Assembly (NCBI GenBank): GCA_035084275.1
Contig: CM068746.1
Span: 27,714,001-27,778,000 of the forward strand
Length of the DNA: 64,000 nucleotides
Source of the DNA: Hydrolagus colliei
Taxonomy: Eukaryota
Direction of reading: 5' to 3'
The notes under the pieces were generated by a model. It did no database searches and was not told where the DNA came from. It saw nothing but the letters and a program-made list of their open reading frames with translations. Positions 49,763-61,990 of this stretch are shown piece after piece. The position numbers and the translations under genes are program-made. Numbering within the stretch: the stretch's first letter is position 1; each line of letters starts with the position of its first letter.

Positions 49763-50958
49763 AGGAAATTTTGCGTGACTGGATAAGTTTAGTGTCTGTT
49801 TTTAAAAAGGTCTGGTCTCACAACTGTGAACTTTATGAATTACATGCACAATAATTTGGGAGATTGCCTCGTAGAATGTTTTTTTAAATACACTAAGTTG
49901 AACATCATTAGCATTTCTTTATTCAATTGAGCCTGCATAGGATGACATTTTCTCTTTCTAACAATTTGTACTAAAATAGTTTGAATCTTATTTTATTCAC
50001 TTGGGTGGTTGATTCCACTATAATGTCTTTTGACTTTGTAAAATATGACTCGATACAGCCATCATGTGTTTAGTTGCCATATTTACGTTTACATGGTGAG
50101 ACCATGCCTTTTACTCTTTTTGGGTGTGGAAGAATAATTCTAACCTGTTCTTACTTAGCGGCAAATACATTGGCTAACAATCTATTTCTTCCCTGTTCTT
50201 TTATTTAGAAGTTACTAATTGTTTCTATTTAAAATGTATCCCTTCATAGATAGCAGTTACTTCCCCATTAATTTCTGAACTGGCCTTCTTTATAGAGAGA
50301 GGTGGTTATATTTAAAGGGCAAAGGTATGTGGGCTGAAATTCGCCAAGAATTGATGGGTAAATAATTCAATGTGGTTAGTAATGTTAATGCTTTACTGAC
50401 ATGGCACTGACTCAGATGTAGTTAATATTTTTTGCAAAGAATGTACACAAAATGCAGTTAATGCTTTGTGCCCACATAAACTTCAATGAGCTGTGTATTA
50501 AAGTTACCCATGAATTATTTTTTATGAAGCAGACACAACTGTACCAGAATTGTAATATAAACCTGTATTCAGTAATTTCTGTGTCAGCTTGTTTATTTTT
50601 CCATTTCAGTGAAGTGTATTGTGCCTTCATGTTGCAATTAAATTCAATTTTTTTGTATATATTTTAGAGAGCAGTGACAGCTTAAAATTTTTACTTCATA
50701 AATCTAGGCCAAGTGTGAGAAAAATTTATGTGTTGTACAGTGTGTGTTGCAGTACAATTCTTTAAATGCCATAATCTCGCAATTTAAAACTCTTGTACTT
50801 GAAGATGGACTGATGCAATCAATGTCACTTGTACATTTGCAGAACCTACTGATAGGAAATTAATACAGGGACTTCATATTTGCACACTTTCATTTGTATA
50901 TTTTACAATATTATTCCAGTACTTAATTAAATAGCTATGTAAATAGCTGATCTTAATT

Positions 50959-50964
50959 AATAAA
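50959..50964 (+). terminator. probable CAPZA2 poly(A) signal AATAAA
   Basis: Ends an AT-rich, repeat-free ~1.2 kb 3'UTR-like stretch with TGTA motifs upstream. Confidence 0.6.
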
Positions 50965-52476
50965 CTGTTGATCATTATTAATTGGTAGATTTAATGTTCT
51001 CCCGATTTAATCTCAAATATAAATGTGAATTTTAATTCAGGTACCTATAAGCTTTAGCAGCAACTGATACAGGGATACAATTCCCTTTGTATATAATGAC
51101 ATCTTGTTTATTGTACACTTCATTGTTATTTATCAATCATCGCTGACAAATGGCCAGTTTGACAAGGAGACAGAAACCATTTTAGCTACAGCTGACTTCT
51201 TGAAACTGATTTCAAAGAAGGGTTTAGGGACCTAATGATCCTAACATTGTCTTACATTCTTCTTCAGTCTGGTCCTGACATTGACCTTTAGCAAAGCTAG
51301 GTTATAATCTTGATTATTTCCTGTAACCAATTAAATTGATGCTTTGAAAGAGCAGGAGATTAATACCTTATTTATCATGCCGGAGAGATATTCCTTCGAG
51401 CAGTACAAAGATTTGGAGCAGGAAATGTTTTTTTTAATTTTCCACTCTAAAATTACTGGCTACGGGAATTTTATGCACAAATGACTAAGAATGTGCTCAG
51501 AGCACTGACAAAATATAAGTAGCACTATATGGTGTCACTTTTTGAGTTGGTCATGAGCATTCCCAACTTCCAGCACAAAAGCCATCAAGTTTGGTTTTCA
51601 TAAACTTAAATGCAATTCTTTTGGCTGTGGGTGGCAACTGCAATTCATTTACCAATAGACAGCCATGTTTTTTTTTCTAGTCCTGTGCATTTTATGTTCC
51701 TATTTAAATCTAGAAAATGTTAATCTGAGAAGGCTGAAGAAGCCACTTGGATTTGCGTTTTCTTAACACCTGATCATGCTGAATGTATTTTTGATTGAGG
51801 TTCTCCTAAAATGACAGGTCATGTTGGAATAGTTGTATGCCTCTAACCACATTCCATATATTCTCTGTATGGCCACAGGGCCTACATGATTGATAGGAAT
51901 CAGCAGTACAGCATCTGGCTAATTTTTCTACTTCTTTAGCCCTGCACTGTATAGATCGGATATAGTCTGGGTAGCTGATCGCTACCATTTGGTAGAGATT
52001 CAACGCAGATCTTCCAGTTATTTGAAACTGGATTTTATCTCCAGGAAGCAGTTTTACCAACTGAGCCAGCAGGTCTGCTTTACTTAACATGAGAAGGTTA
52101 ATTTGAAGAAGGTACTCAAAAGCGATGTGGCAACTATTAATTAGTCACTGACTGATACCGTAGATGTTCGCATTTGTCTATACATGTTGAGCTTATTCAG
52201 GGAACAAACGTATTGGCTGGCAATCCTGAGTATTACTTGAGGCACAGGAATGTGCAGAGGTGTGACCATACTTGTAAGACTTGTATGTTCAAACATAAAC
52301 TGATTGTTTTCCTTTTAGTAATCCAATAGAAATTAACATTATCTTCGGAATATTTTCATATTTGTCATCTCAAAGATTTCTTCTTCTTTCATTACATTAT
52401 GTGCTTGAAAATATTGTTTGCAGTTTAGTAAATTTACTGGGATTGACTTGTGCAACCTACCAATTACCACATTATT

Positions 52477-53010
52477 AGAACAACAACAAATTACATTTCT
52501 ATAGAGTCATTCACATTGGGAGGATGTCTCTAGCCACTGGATTAGGACCCAGGCAGGGGATCAGGAGGGGTGGAGGGCAGGGAAGATAGGGATGGGAGGA
52601 TGACTGAAGGCACAGTCAAAGAGAAGGTCTTCAAGGAGGCGAGGGGGCAAGACAAAAGGACTGGGATGGAGTGCCAAAGAATGAGGGCAGAGAGGATGAA
52701 GGTCCGACCGCAAATGGTAGTACAGGCTGTGAGGGGGATATGGAGGAGGCTGCTGAGCAGAGAGGTTAGCAGGACACAGAGGTAGGAAGGAGCAAGGCCA
52801 TAGAAGACTTTGAAGGTGAGTATGAGGATTTTAAACTCTATCCTCGGGATGGGGAGCCAGTGGAACCGGGTGAAGGTAGGGTGATAGGAAATGCCTGGAG
52901 TGGGAGTGGACACGAGCTGCAGAGTTCTGGATGATATGCATCCTGTGAAGGTTAGAGTTGGGAAGGCCAACAAGAATGGAGTTGCTGTAATCCAAGATGT
53001 AAGAAGGGTG
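52477..53010 (-). mobile_element. L2 LINE 3' fragment
   Basis: TRFHWLPIPRIEFKILILTFKVFYGLAPSYL on the minus strand. Confidence 0.9.
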
Positions 53011-53895
53011 GGTCTGGGCATCAATTTATTTCTTGGGAAACACAATCTTTTGAGTTGCAACACCCTACAATCTGGATTCTAGTTCCTGTCAGTTATTGGA
53101 GCCAGAATTCAAGAGGCCAGTGTTGTAAACTGTAAGCTACTGATAATGTCCAAAGTGCAGTGGGGATAAAAGTTTTTTCTAGACGGCTAATTCCAGTTCA
53201 CAGATGTATTTTTACTGCGAGTTGATGGAGGTAGATAGACAGCAAGTTTCCTAAATGGGAACAAAGGGAGGTGATGCACTTCCCTAGGGAATGGAACAGT
53301 TGTTGGGGACCTACATTCCCTAATTTGTCAAGTTGCTATCCTTGCCACCAGTAATACCACTGCGGAACTTGCAGCACATTACACTGAATGGTATGAATTG
53401 GCACACAATAAGCTGCAATGTCAGCAGTTATGAGAACTGGCATGCAGCCCGAGAAAAAACAAACTGAAATGGCACTAACAGCATCTTGCTGATCCTGATC
53501 AGCTCAACGGGAGATAGGAAATTTGGCTTGCCAATTGACCTATCCAACCACCAAAAGTCACAGCTTAAGAGTATTCGGCCTATGTCTGTCTACCATGAAG
53601 GACGAAACGCACACAGTGTCAGTAAAGGACAGTATAATTGCCACTGATCAGTTGAAGGATAAACATTAAAAAACATGCTCACCACAAACTCCTGCTTGTG
53701 ACAAACATCTAAGACTCCACAGTGAAATCATGAAGGGATGAAGTTAATTACCTCATTCACTTTGGCTCAAATAAAACAACTCAGCAGATCAATCCTGGAT
53801 TGTAACTAGCTGTACATTAGCAAGAGTCGGGCCCTGACCGAGGAGCTGGAATAAAGCATCAGTTTACATGATTAATTATTATTATCTAATTGTTT

Positions 53896-54920
53896 AACAA
53901 CAACAACAACAAAATTATACTTGTAAAGTGCTTTTCATATCAGGAGGACGTCCCAAGGCGCTGGACAGTCACTGCTTCAGACCCGAGCTGAGGACAGGGA
54001 AGTGGGGGATTAGGAATTGCTGATGGATCCATCAAAGAGGAGTCTTGAGGTGAGACTTGAAGGAGGCCAGGGAGGGGGCAAGGTGGAAGGACTGCGGGAT
54101 GGAGTTCCAGAGGTTGGGGATAGAGTGGCTGAAGGCTTGCCTGCCAATGTTGGGGTGGGTGAATCAGGGGATGTGGAGCAGGCCAGAGCCTGCTGAGCGG
54201 AGGGGGCAAGCCGCTTGATAAGGGGATAGGCGGTCACAGATGTAAGGTGTGGCGAGGTTATGGAGGACTTTAAATGTGAAGACCAGGATCTTGAATTGGA
54301 TCCTCTGGATGATGGGGAGTCAATGGAGTCGGGCAAGGATGGGGAGATGGGGTCACGGAGTTTGGAACAGTAGAGGACAGACACAGGCTGAGTTCTGGAT
54401 TAACTGCAGCCTGTGGAGGGAGGAATTAGGAAGGCCGACAAGCAGGGCATTTGAATAATCGAGCCGGGATGTAATGAAGGCCTGAATGAGGGTTTCAGTG
54501 GCTTTAGGGGTGAGGTACTGGTGGAGTCGGCCAATGTTGCGGAGATGTGGAAAGGCAGAGCGAGTCATTACTTGGATGTGGGGGAGGAAAGACAATTGAG
54601 GGCTGAACAAGACACCTAGGTTCCTGACTGGCTTGGAGAGATCGAGTGAGCAACCACGGAGGTTGATGCCAGCGCCTGATGCGTGAAGGTGCTGGTGGGT
54701 AGGGCCTCTGTCTTGTTGACTTTCAACTGTAGAAAGTTAGCTCTCATCCAGGACTTGACGTTTGACAGACAGTCTGTCAGGACAGTGGTAGTCCTGGAGT
54801 CGAGGGTAGAGGCAGAGAGATAGAGTGTTAATCCCTCAGCATGGAAGCCAGATTGAACGGGTCGAAGGAGGGAGTGGCGGGAGAGGAAAGGAACGAAACT
54901 GGGAAGCAACGGCTCGTTCC
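53896..54920 (-). mobile_element. L2 LINE fragment with internal deletion
   Basis: QSGF motif joined to 'DCLSNVKSWMRANFLQL', then 'LIQAFITSRLDYSNALLVGLP'; (TTG)n tail. Confidence 0.9.
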
Positions 54921-56052
54921 AACGACTCGTTTAACTGGCATTTCAACCATTTGCTCACCAAGAAGATGTTTTGTCAGAGGAATGAATATCTATGCTGCTA
55001 TTTAATTCGTGTGATCAAGTAATAACACTTGCTTTTGGCATAGCACCTTTCAAGTCAAGAAGACATCTCAAAGAACTTTGCAGGATTTTACACTAAATTG
55101 CAGTATAACAACAGCAGGTTACACTTGTGCAGCACCTTCTGGTTGGAAAGACGTCCCAGGGCACCGGACAGTCCGGGGTTTTCGGAACTGTACTTGTAGG
55201 CAAACGCAGCAGCCAATTTTGCGCAGGTCCATTTCCATGGGAGGTGTGGCCTTATTGGGGCCAAATAGCACTTTCTGATTTGATGACTTGTGTTGAGCAA
55301 TGGTTGGTTAATGCTATAGAATGTACACGAGGAACATTAGTTCCCATAGTACCTTGGCAACAATTCTGGTAGGGGACACTGATTTATGTCGCAAGTTCAG
55401 CAGATTCCACTGGAGAAAGCAGACTCCAAAAATAACAGATCAACACGTAAGAATCTATTTAAAGCTGTGTTATTACTGTATTGGGAAGCTTTCAGGGGGG
55501 CCAAGTATCTCAAATGGTTCGTTCTGTAAACAAGTCAAAGACTCGCTGTTGGGCGCCTGGGAAAACTGCACGGCAGTCAATATATCAGCTGCCACACAAA
55601 CCTCAATTCCTTTGTTAACATTGAAGTGTAAATCCCTTTTGTTTACATTAAATTTGAATGGCAGTAACAATTCCTTTTGTAGTCTGCTACCAAATGTATC
55701 CCTGTGCACTCAGTTTACAAGTGCGAAGTGTTTTGCAAAACATTTTCATGGGTGATGACAAAATGTCACAACTTCTTCGCAGTAATCACTTTGCAAAGGA
55801 GTACAACACTCTTCTGTGAATGTCAGCCACCACGACACTGAGGAAGTTACATGTTCACAATTTTGTTTTCGAGACGTTAACTGTACAACTGTTAGCAGCG
55901 TATAGTGTATCAATATCAGATGCTATGCAGCCAGCGGATGTTTCATTCAAATGGAAATAAATTGTTGTCAAACCGACAAGGTTAATGTGATTACCAGTGG
56001 ATCACTTTAGAGACTATCTCTGCTCAACACACACACTAACATCAACTCATGG

Positions 56053-56322
56053 TAATAATAATCCTTGCATTTAATATAGCGCTTTTCACGTCTTTTAGAC
56101 GTCTAAAAGCGTTTCACCGGATGTAAAGTTAACTGACTGTATATTTGTGGGAGACATGCGGCAGCCAATGCGCATAGCAGTGTCCAAATTATTATTATTT
56201 TTTAGGGATTATTGTTCGGCATGTGGAGTAAGGAATCTTGCCCAAGGTTTCGCCCTGGCCAGGAACTGAACCCAGGTCTCTTGCTTGCAAGGCAAGTGAT
56301 CTAACTACTGAGCTACAGGACT
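56053..56322 (-). mobile_element. tRNA-derived SINE
   Basis: Head gagtcctgtagctcagtagttagatcacttgccttgcaag on minus strand plus tail. Confidence 0.9.
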
Positions 56323-56467
56323 CAACTAATCACTACAATATGTCAAATTCTATATACAGCACTTTGCTGTGTATAGCACTTTGTGCTTAATATGCAGCTC
56401 TGCTCAATCAATGACTGTTTGTGGGACACTGTGTTCAACTGGTTATCCATTTTTGCCCACAAGATTT

Positions 56468-56762
56468 AATAATAATAATCCTTGCATTTGATATAGTACT
56501 TTTCACGTCTTCTAGACATCTCAAAATGCTTCACAGATTAGACTATCAAGTGAATTGACTATATGTTTGGGCGAAAGACGGCAGCCAGTTAAGCGCAGCA
56601 GTGTCCAACAAACAGTCCTGGATTGAAGTAACCAATCGTTTTTGAGTGATTATTATTAGGCATGTGGAGTAAAGTAACTTACCCAAGGTTTCACCCTGCC
56701 TGGAATTCAACCCACATCTCTCGCTTGTAAGGCGAGTGCTCAGGCCAATGACCTTAAGGACT
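56468..56762 (-). mobile_element. tRNA-derived SINE
   Basis: Same family, A/B-box head and (TTA)n tail. Confidence 0.88.
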
Positions 56763-56974
56763 GATATACAGTAAATTCGCCTTTCAATAGTGCTTTAATA
56801 CCTGAATATATCAAATAAAAGTATTATTATGTGCAGCATTTTGTTCACAGGATGTGCAATTCTCACTTAATCTCTTAATCATTTTGTGAAACTCTCACTC
56901 CATATACTGTATCTGCATCACAGTATATGTATCTCCGCACCCCCCAACACTTACTGTATATACGCAACACTCTC

Positions 56975-57273
56975 ATAATAATGCTTGCATTTCATATCGT
57001 GCTTTTCATGTTTTCTAAGCGTCTCAAAGTGCTTTGTACAGTGCAAAGTGTAGTGACTGTATATTTGTGAGCGAAACAGGGCAGCCAATTGCACACAGCA
57101 GTGTCCCATAAACAAGGCATGGATTGAGTGACCAAATTATTATTGGGGTGTTTTTTTTAGGGATTATTAATAGGCGTGTAGAGTAAGGAAACTTGCCCAA
57201 GGTTTTGCAATGCCTGGAATTTAACCCAGGTCTCTTGCCGACAAGGCAAGTGATCTAACTACTGAGCTATAGG
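56975..57273 (-). mobile_element. tRNA-derived SINE
   Basis: Same family; shares diagnostic bases and flank with the 56053-56322 copy. Confidence 0.88.
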
Positions 57274-57759
57274 ATAATCACTACAATATGTCAAATTCTC
57301 TATACACTGTATCTGTCGCATTTTGTGCTCAGTGTGCAGCTCTCTGCCTGCCTTTTGGTGCACTTCTTCCCATAATCATCTCACTCCTTTTCTGTGTAGT
57401 GTGTGCAGCTCTCACTCCCTGTGTCCACTGATAATCAGCCTCCTCCCTCTGGGTGCACAATACTGTTACTATCTGAGTCCCTCTCCCTGCACTGTAAGCA
57501 GCTCTCTCCCCCCCCCCCCACCCTCTCTCTGTATAGTTTTCTCTCTCACCCCGTCTCTGTGCAAATGTGAGCAGCCCTCTCACTCTCTTCTCTCTCTCTC
57601 TCTCTGTGCCCTGTATGGAGCTTCCTCCCACCGTGTGCAATGTAAGCATCTCTCTCACCCTCCCCTCTCTCCCTGTTCACTGACACTGTAGGCACCTCTC
57701 TCACTCCCTCTGTGTACACTGTATGCAGTTTCCCCTCTCACTCCCTCTTCTCTCACTCC

Positions 57760-58310
57760 CTCTCTGTGCACTGTAGGCAGCTCCCCCCCCCACCCCCCCA
57801 CCTCTCTCTGTACACCCCGCCCCCCCCCTCTCTCTGTGCACTGTAGGCAGCCCCCCCCCCCCCCCCCCCACCTCTCTCTGTGTGCACTGTAGGCAGCCCC
57901 CCCCCCCCCCCCACACCTCTCTCTGTGTGCACTGTAGGCAGCTCCCCCCCCACCTCTCTCTGTGTGCACTGTAGGCAGCCCCCCCCCCCCCCCACCTCTC
58001 TCTGTGTGCACTGTAGGCAGCTCCCCACCCCCCCCCCACCTCTCTCTGTGCACTGTAGGCAGCCCCCCACCTCTCTCTGTGTGCACTGTAGGCAGCTCCC
58101 CCCCCCCCCCCCCCCCACCTCTCTCTGTGTGCACTGTAGGCAGCTCCCCCCCCCCCCCCCCCACCTCTCTCTGTGTGCACTGTAGGCAGCTCCCCCCCCA
58201 CCTCTCTCTGTGTGCACTGTAGGCAGCTCCCCCCCCCCACCTCTCTCTGTGTGCACTGTAGGCAGCTCCCCCCCCCCCCACCTCTCTCTGTGTGCACTGT
58301 AGGCAGCTCT
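57760..58310 (+). repeat. minisatellite upstream of ST7, 13 units
   Basis: Unit cacctctctctgtgtgcactgtaggcagct followed by a variable-length poly-C run. Confidence 0.95.
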
Positions 58311-58621
58311 CTCACTCCCTCTATGTGCAGTTTAATGTACTTTCCTCTCTCTCTGTCTGTCTGTCCCTCTGTCTGTGCATTGTGTGAAGCTCCCCCCCTG
58401 TGTGAGTGAGTGAGTGAGTGTGTGTGTGTGTGAGTGAGTGTGTGTGTGTGTGTGTGTGTTAGCTGCAGTGGCCGCTCAGCTCTCATGGTGGTGTTGGAGG
58501 AGTTGGTGTGTGTGTGTGTGTGGGGGGGGGGGGGGTTTGCTGGGGGGGGGGGGGGGAGGCTGGTCTGATCCCATAATACACTGAGAGCCTGTGATCTGAC
58601 AGCAGCAGGAGCAGCTGAAAC

Positions 58622-58772
58622 ATGGCTGAGGTGGGGACAGGGTTCCTGGAGCAGCTCAAATCCTGCATCGTCTGGTCCTGGACTTACTTGTGGACCCTGT
58701 GGTTTTTCCTGATGCTTTTCCTGGTTTACATCCTGAGGGTCCCCCTGAAGATCAACGACAATCTGAGCACAG
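58622..58772 (+). CDS. ST7: ST7 (suppression of tumorigenicity 7) first coding exon
   Basis: 151 nt; MAEVGTGFLEQLKSCIVWSWTYLWTLWFFLMLFLVYILRVPLKINDNLST; donor gtgagt; synteny with CAPZA2. Confidence 0.96.
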
Positions 58773-58918
58773 GTGAGTCTCTGTGTGTCTGTGTGTGTGT
58801 CTGTGGGGGGGGGGGGGGGGGGGGGTGGAGGGCTGGTTAGCCTCTGGCAAACTTCATCTGCCTGTGTGTTTCTTTCTTACTTGTTGTTGGGAAAAGTGAG
58901 ACACGTCCCCGGAATTGT

Positions 58919-59136
58919 NNNNNNNNNNNNNNNNNNNNNNNNNNNNNNNNNNNNNNNNNNNNNNNNNNNNNNNNNNNNNNNNNNNNNNNNNNNNNNNNNN
59001 NNNNNNNNNNNNNNNNNNNNNNNNNNNNNNNNNNNNNNNNNNNNNNNNNNNNNNNNNNNNNNNNNNNNNNNNNNNNNNNNNNNNNNNNNNNNNNNNNNNN
59101 NNNNNNNNNNNNNNNNNNNNNNNNNNNNNNNNNNNN
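58919..59136. other. assembly gap (218 N)
   Basis: Run of N. Confidence 1.
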
Positions 59137-61409
59137 TACAGCCAGCACTGGTTGCAAAAAAAAACTCTTTTGCTTTTTTTTTGTTATTTGTTTGCAAAAG
59201 TTTGTTTAGGTTTATAGATATATAGATATATATATTATAAACTTTTTTTTGGGGGGGTGGAGAGGTGGGGTGGGGGGGGGTTGGTTTGGGTGGGTGGATG
59301 GGAGCGAACCCACACATACACACACACAACACACACATGCAGACATACATACACATACATACATGCAGACACACATTTAGGCAATGTCATGCAAGTTATT
59401 GCGTACTACTGTACTGTTGTCTCCCTCTCTCTCACTCTCCCTCCCTGGGTCCTAAAGGCCACCTGGTCTTGTTTCATGTCTCCTCCTTCCCTTCTAATAA
59501 TGCTCTTCGACTCTGTGGCATGTGTGTGTGTGTGTGTGTGGGTGTGTGGGTGTGGGTGTGTGGGTGAGTGTTTGTGTGCCTGGTGAGGAGAGAAATAAAG
59601 TAAGGCTGGAGGGGGGGGCACCTCTGCTCTTTCCCCAGCTCCACGTTAAGTTGTGTCACTATTAAGCTTTTGGACACTTTCCAGCGTGAAGGACGCTAGA
59701 TAAATGCAAATTGTTACTGTTCGGTGGTTTTGAGGTAAGGTCAAAGTTTGTAAATGCTTCCTGACTCTTGTGTGTCTGTCCGTCCATCAGTCTGGCAAGT
59801 TTTGATTGGTTTACCATTAACTTCTCGTTTGTTTTTGTTCTGTTGATGTGAGTGACCTACCTTTCCAACTGCGCCTTTGGTCATATTTCTTCCTCCGATC
59901 AGCTCAGTCTCCCAGTCGGTCTTGTGAAGCACGTTGAGACGTCCTCCAAGCGTGAAAGGCTGAAATGTAAATTGTTGCTATTATTTGTTGTGAGTTTTAC
60001 CAAACGTTGCACTGAAATAATTCTAAAAACATTAAACAGTGAGTTCCAGCATGCGAGGCGGTAGGAATAACTTAAGCGAAGTGAGTCTGGTAAATGCTAT
60101 ATGGAATAACTAGAGTAGAATGTGTTGCTCTCTCAAGCGTACTGCTGGCATTCTTGTATGTGCAGAGAATGGCGAGCAAGAGTTGACAACAATTCACCTG
60201 AACAACTGTTAACTCCTCTTCACTAGTCTGACTTCCCATATGTAAACGGTCTTAATCGGTATTATCGAATGTTGAGTTTTTAGATTGTGGTCAGTTGTCT
60301 GTTGGGCAGAGATGCTCATTTCCTAATCAGAAAGGGGAGTCAGGGTCTGTATGGAGAGAGAAAGTTGTTTGGTGAATCCCTTTTCATTTTACTGACACTT
60401 GGCTCTTTACAATAAAAAAGCAGCCCTGGCGATGATTCTGGTTGATTGCTACAAACAATTGATGAACTGTGCTCGGGTAGAATAAAGCAGCGTTTCTCAG
60501 CTTTATCGGTGTCGGGGACCAACTTGGCTCAGTTTCTTCCAAAAATGTGGCTGACTTTAAGTTCAATGCACAAGTGGTCAGTTTTGCGCTGTGCACATTG
60601 TGATAAATACTGAGTTTCAACAAGACCTTTTCTAAACTATCAGAAACATATCTATCATCCTGCTACTGGGCTGGATTTAATATCAAAAGCCTAGAGTTCA
60701 AACAGCAGCATACAGTGCTAACCCAGGATGTCAGACACATGAGGAAACTCATCATTATGCTCAAGAGTATCCAATCCAAATGGAGAGTTCTGTGGATCCC
60801 ACCTACACAAGGAAATTCCCGTATCTGGAATGGAATGCGTACTGTGGATGCTTCCTCCTTACCTAAATCCGGGGAGCATCAGGCTGGTGAGAGGCAAGGC
60901 TTAAGGATCCCAGGTTGTGTTTGGGTACTGCTAGAGATTAACCAGCGAAACCCACATAGCTTGTCATTGAAAGCACTGAAAGCATTAACATTGGATTGCT
61001 TTTTCTGGTACTTGGAGCACTAGCTGCGTTTTCGTAAGTAGCTTTAAGGGAGCTTGGATTCTAATATGTTTGTATGTGTGGACCAGAGGTTCAGTTATGC
61101 CGAACCTTAAATGGAGCTATGTTTCTTTTCATTCGTGCCTGAGGATCCTGTCTTTATCTGCTTGCCTTCTTTGACACATGCTACAAACATAATGGTACTT
61201 CCTAGAATTTTGTATTTCAGTGTGAACTATTACTAGCTCGCATGATTAACTCTGGAAAGTTGCCCAGTCAAAGCCAGGAAAGGTAAGTGATGTTTTATTC
61301 TTAGTTTACACCATACCTCAGTGCGTCTATTACCGGTATGTATTATCCTGGTCACAAGCTCATTCCCCCTGGTTTATACAGGATTGAATATTATTCATCA
61401 AATGTGTGC

Positions 61410-61990
61410 CAGCCTGGCAGTACTCTCTCTGAGTGAAGATTGTGGATTCAAGACATATTTTGAGATTTGGAACTGATCTGCTGTGCGCAAATGGCTGCTG
61501 TGTTTCGCCCACAACATATAGTCAATTCACTTTACAGTATATTCTGTGAAGCAGTTTCAGACGCCTCAAAAATGTAATGTGTTCATCAAATGCAAGGATT
61601 ATTATACAGTATAGTCTAGGCTGATACTCTAGAGCAGCACTAGGGGTGTGCTGCATTCTTGGAGGTGCCATCCTTTGAGACGATGAGACGTTAAACTGAG
61701 GTCCCATCTGCCTGTTCAGCGAGATGTTAAAGATCCCCATACCACAGCTAGAAAAGAGATTTGGAAAATCACTCCATGGCTGTTTGCGGGACATTGCTGT
61801 GAGCAATTTGGTTGCTGTTCCCTCCGACAAAAACACAGTCACCATCTGCTCAGTTACTAGCCAAGAGGAGGTTGGCAACATGCATTGATTTGAAGTCTTA
61901 GCAATCACTACACTTTACAATATATTCCATGAAGAGCTTTGAGGTGTCTCAACAACACGATCAGCTGTGTGTCAAACCCAGATATTGTTA
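61410..61990 (+). mobile_element. Deu-domain SINE with a nested SINE tail (61478-61605)
   Basis: ctaggctgatactc...ggaggtgccatccttt...gatgagacgttaaactgaggtcccatctgcctgttcag...aaagatcccc matches the Deu core; head separated from body by an inserted tail. Confidence 0.8.

Noticed and set aside
57760-58310. Repeat-spacer pattern resembling a CRISPR array
   Set aside because: Spacers are only poly-C runs, there are no cas genes and the context is vertebrate; it is a minisatellite.
57655-58486. Cys-rich repetitive ORFs (CLQCTQRE, CVHCRQ)
   Set aside because: Open in several frames because of the minisatellite; no independent coding evidence.
58773-59374. ORFs spanning the N run
   Set aside because: Artefacts of the assembly gap.
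60420-60620. Possible C/D snoRNA in ST7 intron 1 (TGATGA...CTGA)
   Set aside because: No terminal stem or recognisable rRNA antisense element; motifs expected by chance.
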